In this document: piece after piece, positions 49,855 to 60,143 of the stretch
How the letters are laid out: each line of letters begins with the position of its first letter
Position numbering within the stretch: the first letter of the stretch is position 1
Position numbers and translations under genes: made by a program
From: Phycisphaerae bacterium
Lineage (GTDB): Bacteria > Planctomycetota > Phycisphaerae > UBA1845 > Fen-1342
Assembly (NCBI GenBank): GCA_050115495.1
Contig: JASFQK010000004.1
Span: forward strand, 96,001-160,000
Reading direction: 5' to 3'
DNA length: 64,000 bases
Notes under the pieces: model-generated
The model's input: the letters and a program-made list of their open reading frames with translations, nothing else
The model's database searches: none
What the model was told of the DNA's origin: nothing

Positions 49855-51225
49855 ATGTTTCGCAAAGCCGTTCGAGCAGGCGTGGTGTGGGTCGCCGGGC
49901 TGGTTCTTCTCGGACCCGTGGTCGGCTGCGACCGGTCGGCCGACCGGGCCGTGCCGCCCCCAGCCCAATCCCTCAGGAAGCTGACCATCGTTACGCCTCA
50001 CGGCGACACGATCCGCAACGCCTTCGCCGCGGGCTTCTCGAGCTGGTACCTCAAGAAGCACAGCGACCCCGTCCACGTCGAGTGGATTTCCCACGGCACG
50101 CCGCAGTGCGTCGACTACATCCGCTCCGCCCCGACCATGGCCACCGAGGGCGCCCCGTACCACCGGGCGGACGTGTTCTTCGGCGGCGGCGTCACCGACC
50201 ATGCGCAGTTGGCGGCCGAGGGCTTCTGCCGGCCCCTGAAGATCGAGCTCCCCGCGAACTACCCGGCCGAGGTGAGCGGCCTGCCGACCCGCGACGAGCA
50301 GAATCGCTGGCTGGCCACCGGCCTGAGTAGCTTCGGTATCGTCTACAACGACCGGGCCTGCCGGCAGCGCGAGGTGACGCCGTCCACGAACTGGGCCGAC
50401 CTGGCCACGCCGCGCTTCTACGGCTGGGTGGCCGTCGCCGACCCGACCGCCAGCGGCAGCACGCGCGAGTGCCTGGTGCTGATCCTCGCCCACCACGGCT
50501 GGGACCGGGGCTGGGGCATGCTCATGCCCATTCTGGGCAACGCCCGGGCGCTCGATGAGCGCAGCGGCAACGTGCTCGCCGCGGTGAAGTCCGGCACGTG
50601 CCTGGCCGGGTTCACCGTGAACTTCGAGGGCATGGCCCTGGCCGTGGAGACCGGCGGCGTCGTGAAGTACTCCGATCCGCCGGGCGGCACGGCCGCGACG
50701 CCGGACATCATCAGCGTGCTGTCGACCGCCGAGGCTCCAGAGCTGGCCGAGGAGTTCGTGCGTTACGTGCTCAGCGAGGAGGGGCAGGCGCTGTGGGGCG
50801 TCAGCCGTGAATACCGGGCGGCCTACGTGAACGACCTGTACCACTACCCGATCCTGCCGGACATCTACGAGAAGTACGCCGGCAAGATGTCGGTCCGCAA
50901 CAATCCGTTGCAGGAGGGCTTCGGCGTCGAGATCGATCCGCAGCGCTCCGAGCAGCTCGGCTGGGCGGTGCGGCTGTTCGTGCAGGCGGCGTGCCGCGAC
51001 AACCACGTCGCCCTGCAACGGGCGTGGAAGGCGGCCATCGACGCCGGTCTGCCCGCGCCGGCGGTGGAGCTGCTCACCGCGCCGCCGTGCGATGAGGCGA
51101 CGGCGCTGGCGCTGGCGGAGAAACTGGAGAAGGCGGAGTCCGACGAGGCTGATGCGCTGCTGGCCGAATGGTCCGCGAAGTACGCGGCCCGCTACGCTGA
51201 AGTGATGAAGCTCCTGGGCCAGTAG
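49855..51225 (+). CDS. ABC transporter substrate-binding lipoprotein (AfuA/FbpA-like)
   Basis: VVGC lipobox; ADVFFGGG, GIVYN, WADL, ADPTASGS, AEEFVRYVLSEEGQ. Confidence 0.85.
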   Translation: MFRKAVRAGVVWVAGLVLLGPVVGCDRSADRAVPPPAQSLRKLTIVTPHGDTIRNAFAAGFSSWYLKKHSDPVHVEWISHGTPQCVDYIRSAPTMATEGAPYHRADVFFGGGVTDHAQLAAEGFCRPLKIELPANYPAEVSGLPTRDEQNRWLATGLSSFGIVYNDRACRQREVTPSTNWADLATPRFYGWVAVADPTASGSTRECLVLILAHHGWDRGWGMLMPILGNARALDERSGNVLAAVKSGTCLAGFTVNFEGMALAVETGGVVKYSDPPGGTAATPDIISVLSTAEAPELAEEFVRYVLSEEGQALWGVSREYRAAYVNDLYHYPILPDIYEKYAGKMSVRNNPLQEGFGVEIDPQRSEQLGWAVRLFVQAACRDNHVALQRAWKAAIDAGLPAPAVELLTAPPCDEATALALAEKLEKAESDEADALLAEWSAKYAARYAEVMKLLGQ

Positions 51226-51281
51226 CGTCCGGGCTCCGTACCGGACGTCTTCGGTAGCGTCGGCCCCCCGTGGCTGACGTC
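51222..51281 (+). repeat. 60-bp tandem GTAG-REP unit (left inverted repeat)
   Basis: 55/60 identical to the reverse complement of 52418-52477. Confidence 0.85.
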
Positions 51282-51368
51282 GATCGCGGGGAATGTCCCG
51301 CACGCGCCATACGTCCGAGCCGCAATCGGCAGGGAGTAATCACCGTTGCGTTGGGGAGGAACGCGCGA

Positions 51369-52241
51369 ATGGTTGACGAAGAAAGCCCGGTCTGTGGTTG
51401 CTGTGGCTACATCCTGAGCACGCAGTACCGCCAGGCCGTCGAGGACCAGGCCGAGACGCTGCGCTGCTCCGAATGCGGCGAGGTGCACCACCGCAAGGCG
51501 CTGGCCCAGGACCTGCCCCTGCACTTCGAGGCCGAGCGGCGTTTCGGGGCCATCTTCCGGCGGATGTGGTGGTCGCTCGTGGTACCCCGTCGAACGTACC
51601 GGCACGTCCAGCACTGGTACACGTCCACCCGTTCCGCGCCGCGACACAACGCGCTCTTCGCGTTGGCTCTGGCGGCGTGGTACTTCGTATGCATGCTTGG
51701 CTATGCGCTCGTCGGACTGCTGGATCGGGCGACGATCGATCCGGACTGCTGGTTGTTCTCTGAACGTCGCTTCGCTCCCTGGTCGCGCGAAACGGCCGCG
51801 CAGGCGTGGACGGATCTCAAGGACTCATTTGCGGCCGGCATGCCGCTGCGCATGCTGGGTTTGCTTCTGCTCTTCTTCATCGCGCTGCTGCTCGTGCCGC
51901 GTCTGGTGATGTTCCTCTCGCCGCGCCGCACGCGCAACAAGTGGCTTCAAGTCATCCGCCGAGCCGTCCTGCTGTTTCAACCTGTGTTTCTTGCGTTTCC
52001 GGTCTATCTAACTGCCACGCTGATCGAGGTCATTGTCGAGTGGAGGAGGGGCATCGGGGACGCGATTCGCTGGTCGTCGTGCCTCCTGTTGTTGATCGTG
52101 GCCTGGACGTTTTGCCGCGGCGCTGCGATGGCGTTTGTGGACGGAAACAAGAGCGGTTCGGCGGCGCTGCTCGGAGGGTTCCTGGCTGCGTTCACGGTGG
52201 GGATCTGTCAATTCGTCGCGATGTCGGCGTTCTGGTCCTGA
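51369..52241 (+). CDS. zinc-ribbon (CxxCGY..CxECG) membrane protein
   Basis: RBS GGAGG; CGCCGY..CSECG followed by about five TM helices. Confidence 0.7.
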   Translation: MVDEESPVCGCCGYILSTQYRQAVEDQAETLRCSECGEVHHRKALAQDLPLHFEAERRFGAIFRRMWWSLVVPRRTYRHVQHWYTSTRSAPRHNALFALALAAWYFVCMLGYALVGLLDRATIDPDCWLFSERRFAPWSRETAAQAWTDLKDSFAAGMPLRMLGLLLLFFIALLLVPRLVMFLSPRRTRNKWLQVIRRAVLLFQPVFLAFPVYLTATLIEVIVEWRRGIGDAIRWSSCLLLLIVAWTFCRGAAMAFVDGNKSGSAALLGGFLAAFTVGICQFVAMSAFWS

Positions 52242-52287
52242 AGCAGCGCTGCATTTGGGCACGCCACACTCCGCGCTGCCTTCGGCG

Positions 52288-52477
52288 GTGTGGCATGCCG
52301 AAGCGCAGCGCCGGCATGTCGTTCGTGACACGACAGGAAGACATGCCGGCGCCTAGGGCTTCAGCATGCCACACTCTGAAACCGTCCGGTATCCTGGCGC
52401 GCCGGGACACGCTACAAGACGTCGGCCACGGGGGGCCGACGCTACGGAAGATGTCCGGTGCGGAGCCCGGGCGCTAC
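52288..52477. repeat. REP-like cluster: long hairpin plus right 60-bp inverted repeat
   Basis: GTGTGGCATGCCGAAGC..CCGGCATGTC / GACATGCCGG..GCTTCAGCATGCCACAC hairpin, then reversed GTAG units. Confidence 0.8.
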
Positions 52478-55400
52478 TTGTTCAGCAGCAGGTCGATGAA
52501 CGGGCCGATGTCGAAGTTGTTCACGTCGCCGTCGCCGTTGACGTCGGCGTTCAGGCGATCGCAATTGGGGTACTGGTCGGCGTAGGCCGTCGGGTTCGTC
52601 AGGGCCAGGATGAACGGGCTGATGTCGAAGTTGTTGACGTCGCCGTCACAGTTCAGATCGCCGGGCTGGCCGAAGTGCACTTGTACGACCGTTGTGCTCA
52701 TGACACCGGTGCTCAGACTGCCCGCCACGTGTACGCGGCCCGTCGCCGGATCGTGCGTATACGCCATCGGGACACCGTTCTGCATTACCGCCGACACCGT
52801 CTCGCCGGCAGGAATGCGCGCGTACGTGTCGTAGTCGGCGGCGTTGCCGGTGCGGTTGACGAACGTGTGCGTGCAGGCCAGCGGCGTCTCGGCACAGGTG
52901 ACGTCGAGCCGGTGCGCGCCCAGCCGCAGGTTGTGGAACGTCATCTCCGTCCAGCCCGTCGGCAACTTCGGCTCGATTCGCAGCGTGTTGCCCGGTGCGT
53001 CCGGCGTGTAGTCGAGGAAGAGCATCATCGCATCGACCAGGAACGACATCGACTCCCACGCGTTCGGCCACGCCGCCTGGAGGAGGAAGTCGCTCTGCCC
53101 GGGGTAGAGGAGGCTGTTCGTCGGGGCGATCTGCTCGGCGCCGAAGCCGATGGGCCCGAGGCGGTCGAGCAGCAGGTCGAGCCGGTAGCGGTGATTGTCG
53201 ACGTCGCTGCGGCCGGGGTTGGCGTCCTGCCGCTCGGCGTAGTAGCAGCCGTACCAGAGCGTGCTGAGGAACCACGGGCTGCCGTACGAGTTCGGCGCTG
53301 CCGGGTTGTTCCAGTACGTGTCGCCCCAGTAGCGGTTGATGAGGCCGTCCCACTCGCCCGCCGGGTTGATGACGCTGTGGTAGTCGCCGTAGGTGTCCGG
53401 GGCGACGCCGTTGAGGCGATCGACGACATGCGTCATGAGCGGGTCGGTGCTGCTGTACACGTCGAAGGGGTAGACGGGACCGAGGAACGAGATGTCCGTG
53501 TTCTCGCCGTCCCAGACGAGCCGCGCCGTGATGCCGTTGTGAATGGCGTCGGCGCGGCCGTTGAACAGCGTCGCGTCGCCGGTGTGACCGAGAATGCCGG
53601 CGACCGTCGCCGCATCACGCAGACCGCGCTCGACCGACGCATTCGAGTAGATGAACAGGTCCCACTGGTCTTCCCAGAGGTTGTTGGAGTACATCAGGTC
53701 GTACGTGTCGTCGTAGTAGAGCCGGCTGTCGATGCTGCTGTCCTCACTGGAGGCGCGGGCGGCATCGTAGATCATCGTGTAGTTGTCGCTGAGGAAGCCC
53801 GCATCGCCGGTGACGAGGTAGTGGTAACACGCTCCCCACGGCACGACGGACGTCTCGTCGACCTGCGGCGAGTTCCAGACGATGTAGCCGTCGGTCGTGT
53901 ACTTCTGGTACCAGAAGCCCTTGCCCCACGTGTCATCGGCCCGGTAGGCGACGTCGCGCAGGAAGCGGTAGATCTCGGCGGCCTCGGCCGTGTGCGCGGT
54001 GCGATCGAGCGTGACCGCGGCCCAGCCGGCGTCGCGGGGCCAGATGAACGGATACGCGCCGTTGTGCATGCCGGCGATGACGCCGCCGCCCTCGCCGTCC
54101 AGATGCAACGCCGTGGCCAGCAGACTGCGCTTGAACGTCTCGTCGTACTGGTCGTCAGGGAAATCGATCGTGACGCCGGCGGCGAGCCAGTCGGTCCAGT
54201 AATCGTCGGTCGTCACCTGCGCCGACCACATGCTGCTGCTGAGGAACCAGTCGATGGCAGGGGCGATCTGCCAGTCGTACGTGCTCGTCGCGCCGGCCAT
54301 TTCGTCGAAGCCGCCGGCGATGAGCACGTCGATTTCCTTCGTCTGGCCGACGGGCAGCTCGAGCTCGATACCGATCCAGCCCTGGCCGTTGTCGGTGGAG
54401 CCGTGGGCTCGCCAGGAATCGCTGGCGACGGTGCCGCTGCTGCCGCCGACGGTGTCAAGCAGCTTGAGCGAGGCGGCGAGGTAGACGGAGACGTCCTTCT
54501 CGTAGTCGCCGAAACTGGTCGGGTTGTACTCGCCGGCGCCGACGGCCATGCGGTACGTGTTGTCATAGGCGCACATCACGCCGCGCGGGGCGTCGGCGAA
54601 CATGCCGTCGTAGGCGTCGCCGCCGTTCAGGGCGACATCGGCGTAGTAGTAGAACTGGACGGTCTTCGCTGCGGCGCCGTTGTTGGTGATGAGGTAGCGT
54701 TTGACGTAGAGCCCGCGGTTCGGCTGTCCGCCCTGATCGAGCGGGAACGTGACGCCCTTCGGGCAGAAGTCCCACTGTTGGACGAGGATGTTGTTACCGT
54801 CGGCGGTCAGCGTCGCCGACGTGGCGATGACGTTCGTGTCGGTGATGTACGCCTGGCTGACGTCGCTGTAGCCGACCGCGTTCTGATTACTGAGCCAGTA
54901 CGTCAGGCCGTCGACGCGCAAGCCGCCCATGGCCTGGTTGAGGTTCATCTGGCCGCGGCACTCCGGCGGCAGACCGCCCGGGAACGTGTCGAGCCCGTCT
55001 GAATAACCCTCGTTCTTCGTACCCATGCCGTTGGCGCAGCCGGCGGAGGGATAGTAGATGTCGTACACCGTGCCGTTCTGGTCGAGCATGACGTTCATGT
55101 AGTTGTTGCCGACGACGCCTTCCTCCTTCCAGAGGGAGACGGGCGGATAGCCCTGGTCGGGATTCGCCGAACCGGCCCCGGCGCCGGGCCAGGGCAGCGT
55201 GCCGCCGCCGGGCGCGACGGTGTACATCCACACGGTGGCGGGTGCTGCGGGGTTGTCGCACGTGCCGTCGGCGCAGCCGTAGTTGTTACCGAAGACCTCG
55301 GCGCCGCCGCCGTTGTGCCACGAGCTGACCTTGTATTTCACGACCGTGTCGGCGGGGGCCCCGGGGATCTGGGCCAGGCACCAGTCGATGTTGTCCGGCG

Positions 55401-55734
55401 AATGCGGCTCGTTGCGGACCCACGACGCCCAGACAACCGACGTGGTCCCGGTTGGCGTGCCGTACGCGCCCTGCGGCGTCGAGCCGTCGGTCGTGTAGTA
55501 GACGACCGTGTCGGTCCAGTAGAACGAGTAGCCGAGGCGGACCCAGATATCGACGGGGACGCTGTCGGGCGGGTCCTGCGGGCTGCGCATGGTCACGCCG
55601 GCGGCCTCGCCGTACACGTCGTTGGCCGGCACGTGCTCGACGAAGTCAGCCGTGGCCCACGCCCGCGGCGGCGTGACGACGACGAGGATCACGATGCCCA
55701 GAATGACCGCGCCCAGCTTGATGTTGCGTCGCAT
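52474..55734 (-). CDS. secreted GH15 glucoamylase/glucodextranase-like enzyme with C-terminal dockerin-like domain
   Basis: Signal peptide; [30 protein letters not shown] tag. Confidence 0.88.
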   Translation of the reverse strand: MRRNIKLGAVILGIVILVVVTPPRAWATADFVEHVPANDVYGEAAGVTMRSPQDPPDSVPVDIWVRLGYSFYWTDTVVYYTTDGSTPQGAYGTPTGTTSVVWASWVRNEPHSPDNIDWCLAQIPGAPADTVVKYKVSSWHNGGGAEVFGNNYGCADGTCDNPAAPATVWMYTVAPGGGTLPWPGAGAGSANPDQGYPPVSLWKEEGVVGNNYMNVMLDQNGTVYDIYYPSAGCANGMGTKNEGYSDGLDTFPGGLPPECRGQMNLNQAMGGLRVDGLTYWLSNQNAVGYSDVSQAYITDTNVIATSATLTADGNNILVQQWDFCPKGVTFPLDQGGQPNRGLYVKRYLITNNGAAAKTVQFYYYADVALNGGDAYDGMFADAPRGVMCAYDNTYRMAVGAGEYNPTSFGDYEKDVSVYLAASLKLLDTVGGSSGTVASDSWRAHGSTDNGQGWIGIELELPVGQTKEIDVLIAGGFDEMAGATSTYDWQIAPAIDWFLSSSMWSAQVTTDDYWTDWLAAGVTIDFPDDQYDETFKRSLLATALHLDGEGGGVIAGMHNGAYPFIWPRDAGWAAVTLDRTAHTAEAAEIYRFLRDVAYRADDTWGKGFWYQKYTTDGYIVWNSPQVDETSVVPWGACYHYLVTGDAGFLSDNYTMIYDAARASSEDSSIDSRLYYDDTYDLMYSNNLWEDQWDLFIYSNASVERGLRDAATVAGILGHTGDATLFNGRADAIHNGITARLVWDGENTDISFLGPVYPFDVYSSTDPLMTHVVDRLNGVAPDTYGDYHSVINPAGEWDGLINRYWGDTYWNNPAAPNSYGSPWFLSTLWYGCYYAERQDANPGRSDVDNHRYRLDLLLDRLGPIGFGAEQIAPTNSLLYPGQSDFLLQAAWPNAWESMSFLVDAMMLFLDYTPDAPGNTLRIEPKLPTGWTEMTFHNLRLGAHRLDVTCAETPLACTHTFVNRTGNAADYDTYARIPAGETVSAVMQNGVPMAYTHDPATGRVHVAGSLSTGVMSTTVVQVHFGQPGDLNCDGDVNNFDISPFILALTNPTAYADQYPNCDRLNADVNGDGDVNNFDIGPFIDLLLNK

Positions 55735-55947
55735 GCTCTCTCCCTGTCCTGGCAACCGGCCGCCGACGCAGCACCGGCCCCATGCGGCCGGCCCGACGGC
55801 GGACGAAGCACCCCTCATTGTAGCGGGCCACCCCCCGCCGACGCTGGCCGTTTTCAGCGATTGTCGCCGGCTGGCGGCCTCTGGCGGTGTTTGGCGTGTT
55901 TACGCGGTGTCTGATCCGGAACCGGCAGGGGGGGCTCGTTCGCGGAC

Positions 55948-56841
55948 CTACTCGAATACGTGTAGTTCGACGATCACTCCATCCTGGACCTTCACGTAGT
56001 ACACATAACGGGAGTGGTTTGTGTATAGCCACGTGCCATGTGTCTTGGGTGGGTTCGAGTTTCCGTAGTGGGCTGGCAGCCGTGAGAACAGGCTCTCGGC
56101 ACTGTCGCCGACGTGAACGTCCTTCAGCACTCGGCGGAGTACCCACTCGCGCGTGTCGCTGCTGCTGACGCGGAACGCGAAGTCCGGTGCGACGCGGCAC
56201 GTGATCGGCCAGCCGATGGCCAGCCATGCCAGAATGACGCCGGGGCCGAGCAGCCACAACCTCCCCACGGAATCCGGCATCATGCCTACCGCCGCCCGCA
56301 CGGAGTGGCGGCGAAGCACCAGGCGCGCGGCCAAGCCGGCACCGCCGCCGACCATCGCGGCCCAGATGCTCAGCCAGACCCGTGTCTCGAACAACACACT
56401 TGTTCGAATCTGCCAGCCGCAGGCCAGCCACAGCCACGCAATGGCCCAGACCGCCCCGATCAGCGGCGTGAGCACCGTGGATCTCAGCAACCGGAGAATG
56501 CGCGAGCTGAGCAGCAACGGCAAGACCAGCACCAGCCACCACGCCGCCGTGACGAGTGCTGGTTTAGAGAGCAGCGTTCCCTCTGTGCCGTATGCGAAGC
56601 CATGGTCATAGCCGTACGCGACGGTGTTGATGGCATGGCCGATGGCCCAGCCGAGAGCGGCACCAGAGGAAGAAGCGGCGATGACCGGCGCCCGCTGGAG
56701 TCCGCGCGGACTGTCGGCGAACGTGGTCGCATCATGCTCGTCGAACGCCGCGCCGCACTCGGGGCAGCGTGTCGCCGGAAGCTGATCCAACGGGTAGCCG
56801 CAGTCGATGCAGTACATGCCCCACTCCACCCGATCGGGCAA
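55948..56841 (-). CDS. zinc-ribbon (CxxCGY..CPECG) membrane protein
   Basis: CIDCGYPL..CPECG, several TM helices, small soluble C-terminal domain. Confidence 0.72.
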   Translation of the reverse strand: MPDRVEWGMYCIDCGYPLDQLPATRCPECGAAFDEHDATTFADSPRGLQRAPVIAASSSGAALGWAIGHAINTVAYGYDHGFAYGTEGTLLSKPALVTAAWWLVLVLPLLLSSRILRLLRSTVLTPLIGAVWAIAWLWLACGWQIRTSVLFETRVWLSIWAAMVGGGAGLAARLVLRRHSVRAAVGMMPDSVGRLWLLGPGVILAWLAIGWPITCRVAPDFAFRVSSSDTREWVLRRVLKDVHVGDSAESLFSRLPAHYGNSNPPKTHGTWLYTNHSRYVYYVKVQDGVIVELHVFE

Positions 56842-56910
56842 ACCAGGAACCGGGAGGGCATTCTACACCAGGAGTGCGCCGGCGTGGTGTCCCTGACGCC
56901 CGTTGCCTGC

Positions 56911-58080
56911 TCAGGACCGGCTGACCGTCACGCGGATGTCGTGGTCGCCGAGTTCCGTCAGGTAGCGATCGACGGGCACGCACACTTCGAGCGGATGGGC
57001 GCCGGGGGCGATCAGTTTGCGGGCTTGCATGTACGCGACCAGCGCCGTCGGAAACGCCGTCGCTCGTTCCATCGCCGTGAAGCCGGTGCGTTCATCGTGC
57101 CGGTCGTAGAGGTCGTACTGGATCGTCTGCGGGCGCGACTCGTGTCGGCCGATGACGGTGCAGCGCAGGACGATGCAGTCCCGTACGTGCGGCAGCCGCA
57201 GCCGGTCCTCGAAGAGTTGTCGCAGAATCGGCCGCGGGGCGAGCGTCCGCCCATCTTCGAGCGTCACTTCCGGCTCGAAGCAGCCGAGGGCGAACAGGGC
57301 ACGGATGATGGCGAAGTGCCCCGGGTAGCGCACCGTCTTGTAGTCGTACGATTGCAGCCGGCCGGCGAACGTCTCCGGGGCCGTGCTGGTCGCGCCGGAC
57401 GTCACCGCCGCCTCGCAGTGCCCGAGCGGCGGCGGGAAGTCGATCGCTTCGAGCTCGCTCAGCGCCGGCACCGCGGCCGGCCGGCCGCCGCGCAGAAACT
57501 CGGCGTGTCCGCTGTACTCGTTGATCAGCCCGTCGAAGTTGAACGTCATCTGGTAGCCGAGCGGTCCGACCGGCTCCTGCGGCAGGCCGCCGCAGCGCAG
57601 GTGCACGTGCTCGGGCTCGTCCATTGCGGCGACGCCGTGCGCAGCCAGCAGGTTGCACAGGCCGGGGGCCAGGCCACAGTCGGGTACGACGCTGACGCCG
57701 CGACGCTGGGCCTCCTCGTGCCGGGCCATTTGCTGGCGGACGACGTCGGTGTTCCCGCCGAGGTCGCAGAAGCTCGCGCCGGCGGCGAGGGCGGCATCGG
57801 TGATCTGGATGTTGTAGCGGTAGGGGGCGGCGGAGAGGACGACGTCGGCGCCGGCGACGGCTTGGTTCAGCTCGGCCGGCCGGCGAATGTCACACGTGCG
57901 GGCCTCAAACCGGCACACGCTGTCCGGCAGCAGCTCTCCCAGCCGGGTGACGGCCCGCCGGGCGACGTCGCCGTCCACGTCGGCGAGGACGACCTGCTGG
58001 GCGTCACACGTACGGGCGAGATCATAAGCGAGGGCCGTACCCTGGCGGCCCGCGGCGATGACGGCGTAGCGATACGACAC
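56911..58080 (-). CDS. saccharopine dehydrogenase / lysine 6-dehydrogenase family protein
   Basis: GTG after GGAG; DLGGN, PDCGLAPG, GGLPQ, GLINEY, YKTVRYPGH, TAMERAT. Confidence 0.9.
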   Translation of the reverse strand: MSYRYAVIAAGRQGTALAYDLARTCDAQQVVLADVDGDVARRAVTRLGELLPDSVCRFEARTCDIRRPAELNQAVAGADVVLSAAPYRYNIQITDAALAAGASFCDLGGNTDVVRQQMARHEEAQRRGVSVVPDCGLAPGLCNLLAAHGVAAMDEPEHVHLRCGGLPQEPVGPLGYQMTFNFDGLINEYSGHAEFLRGGRPAAVPALSELEAIDFPPPLGHCEAAVTSGATSTAPETFAGRLQSYDYKTVRYPGHFAIIRALFALGCFEPEVTLEDGRTLAPRPILRQLFEDRLRLPHVRDCIVLRCTVIGRHESRPQTIQYDLYDRHDERTGFTAMERATAFPTALVAYMQARKLIAPGAHPLEVCVPVDRYLTELGDHDIRVTVSRS

Positions 58081-58388
58081 GGCGATACTCCACTGATGCT
58101 CAAGCGGACCCACTCAGCCACGGCCACTCCGCGCCGGTTCCGCGAGTTCGGCCAGTGTACGCTGATGCGCGGGCGGAACGAAGGGGGAAAGGCAAATGCC
58201 GAGTTGGGCGGGTCGATCGCGGACCCGGGGGCCAACCGTAAACCGACGAGCACACCGCTCGATCCGCCTGCCCGGGACGCACAGCGGCCTGACGGGGCGC
58301 CGGCTCTTCGCCGAATAGCGCTCCCACCAGGCCGCCATGGTCCTTGGTTGACGTCAGCGGTTAGATGGAGATCCGGTGCATCTCAGGC

Positions 58389-59909
58389 CTACGCCACCGC
58401 CCGGCCACCACGCCGACGAGCCAGCAGCAACCCACCAAGCGCCAGCATCGCCACGGTCGACGGCTCCGGCACCTGCATCAGGAACAGCCGCTCGTACGAC
58501 GTGCCGGCGTCCATCGGCAGTGTGCCGTCGGCGTCGTAGTAGCCGATGCCGGTAATCCAGCCGTCGTCGCTGATCGCGGCTGCCCACGACAGGACCCAGG
58601 GGCTGTCCGGATCGAGCAACGAGTTGAGGTCGACCAGCACATCATCCGGCGTCCACATGACGGCGTGATTGCGAAGAGCAGGGTAGTCTTCGGTGTAGGT
58701 CATGGAGCTACCGACGATGTAGCCGTCGCTGTTGATGTCATTCACCGTGGCCGAACCCTGTCCGTCGCTGTTCTCGTCGAGAACCGCAAGTTCGATCGGG
58801 TCCGTACTTCCGGCATCCCAACGCACGGCGCGAGTGCCACGGCTGGCACCGGTTGGATCGTACTTCGCCGAGGTGCCCGCGATGATCCCGGCATCGTTGA
58901 TGGTCATTGCGGTCGAGGTACCCATGCCGCTGCCATCGGTTCCCAGGCAGCCCAGGTCCGTCGCGGTCGTGCCGCCGGCATCCCACCGAACGGCTCGGAC
59001 GCCGAGGTAATCGCCCGAGTCGTAGAGACTTGCTTCCCCGACGATCGTACCGGAGTTGTTGATGTCCGTGGTTTTGGCGTCCGTCGAACCGTAGCTGCTT
59101 AACCCGAGGTTGCCGAGTTCGATCGCCGCCGTGTTGTCCGCGTCCCAGCGGATGGCACGAAATCCGCACATCGATCCGTCAACCCACTTCGCCCCTCTCC
59201 CGACGATCGTTCCGGCGTCGTTCATGCGCATCGCGTAGTTGTATGTGCTGCCGCTGTTGTTGGTACCGAGCGTTCCCAATTCGGTTACAGCGGTGCTGCC
59301 CGGCGCCCAACGCATGACACGCCAACCTCGGTCCATGCCATCCGTGTACTTCGAGCCGTGCCCGGCGATCATCCCGCTGCTGTTCACGGCAACGGCTTGA
59401 TTGAACGACCAGCCGGAGGCGTCCGTGCCGAGCGACTCCAACTCAACGGCCGTCGTGCTACCCGGATCCCAGCGCACGGGGCGGTTACCGCGCTCCTGCT
59501 GGGAGGAGTTGTACATCGAGGCATTGCCGACGATCGTTCCGGTGCCGTTCGTGGCGTATGCGAAGCTGTTGTAGTGGCCGTTGGCGTCAAAGCCGAGTCC
59601 GCCAAGTTCGCTGTAGCCGTTGGCGTCCCAGATCAAACCGTGTTTGCCAATACCCGAGCCGTTTACTGCGCGCTGAATGGCGGCGACGCCGTAACCGCTG
59701 CCGGCTGTGTACCCGGGACGCATGGCGAGCTCCGGCATGAAGTAGCCGTCAAAACCCACCGGATCGAGCGAAGGTCCGGGATGGAACAGCGACTCGGCGA
59801 GGGTGGGTGAGGCGCCAAGTGCAAGGGCGGCAATGGCGCCTCCCATCAGGACACGAGCAACGATACTCGACAACGGACTCACGTGTGGGTGGGTCAGGGA
59901 GCGACTCAC
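58389..59909 (-). CDS. PEP-CTERM protein with HAF-like extracellular repeats
   Basis: RBS GAGGAGGAG; repeats (A.AIN..G.IVG..RAVRW..T.A.ELG.LG); VPEPSTVAMLALGGLLLARRR. Confidence 0.9.
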   Translation of the reverse strand: MSRSLTHPHVSPLSSIVARVLMGGAIAALALGASPTLAESLFHPGPSLDPVGFDGYFMPELAMRPGYTAGSGYGVAAIQRAVNGSGIGKHGLIWDANGYSELGGLGFDANGHYNSFAYATNGTGTIVGNASMYNSSQQERGNRPVRWDPGSTTAVELESLGTDASGWSFNQAVAVNSSGMIAGHGSKYTDGMDRGWRVMRWAPGSTAVTELGTLGTNNSGSTYNYAMRMNDAGTIVGRGAKWVDGSMCGFRAIRWDADNTAAIELGNLGLSSYGSTDAKTTDINNSGTIVGEASLYDSGDYLGVRAVRWDAGGTTATDLGCLGTDGSGMGTSTAMTINDAGIIAGTSAKYDPTGASRGTRAVRWDAGSTDPIELAVLDENSDGQGSATVNDINSDGYIVGSSMTYTEDYPALRNHAVMWTPDDVLVDLNSLLDPDSPWVLSWAAAISDDGWITGIGYYDADGTLPMDAGTSYERLFLMQVPEPSTVAMLALGGLLLARRRGGRAVA

Positions 59910-60044
59910 TGAACTCCTCCTCTGCCCCTCTCCAGGGGCATTCTGCCAGAGACTGCGAGGGGCTGGCTTTCCCGTCCTCAGCCGACTGACCGCCTCACAT
60001 GGTTGCGAGTCTACCGAGCGAGTCAGGGCCGAATCAACAGGAAA

Positions 60045-60069
60045 TGAGAATATTTTAAAAATATCCTCA
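60045..60069. promoter_or_regulatory. AT-rich palindromic operator candidate
   Basis: TGAGAATATTTT-A-AAAATATCCTCA (11 of 12 arm positions pair) between divergent genes. Confidence 0.6.
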
Positions 60070-60143
60070 GATCTGCATTGCGTTCCGGCCGGATTCGCGT
60101 AGGTTTACTGGTATCTATGTATGTCCTAAACTGTGCACCGGTT

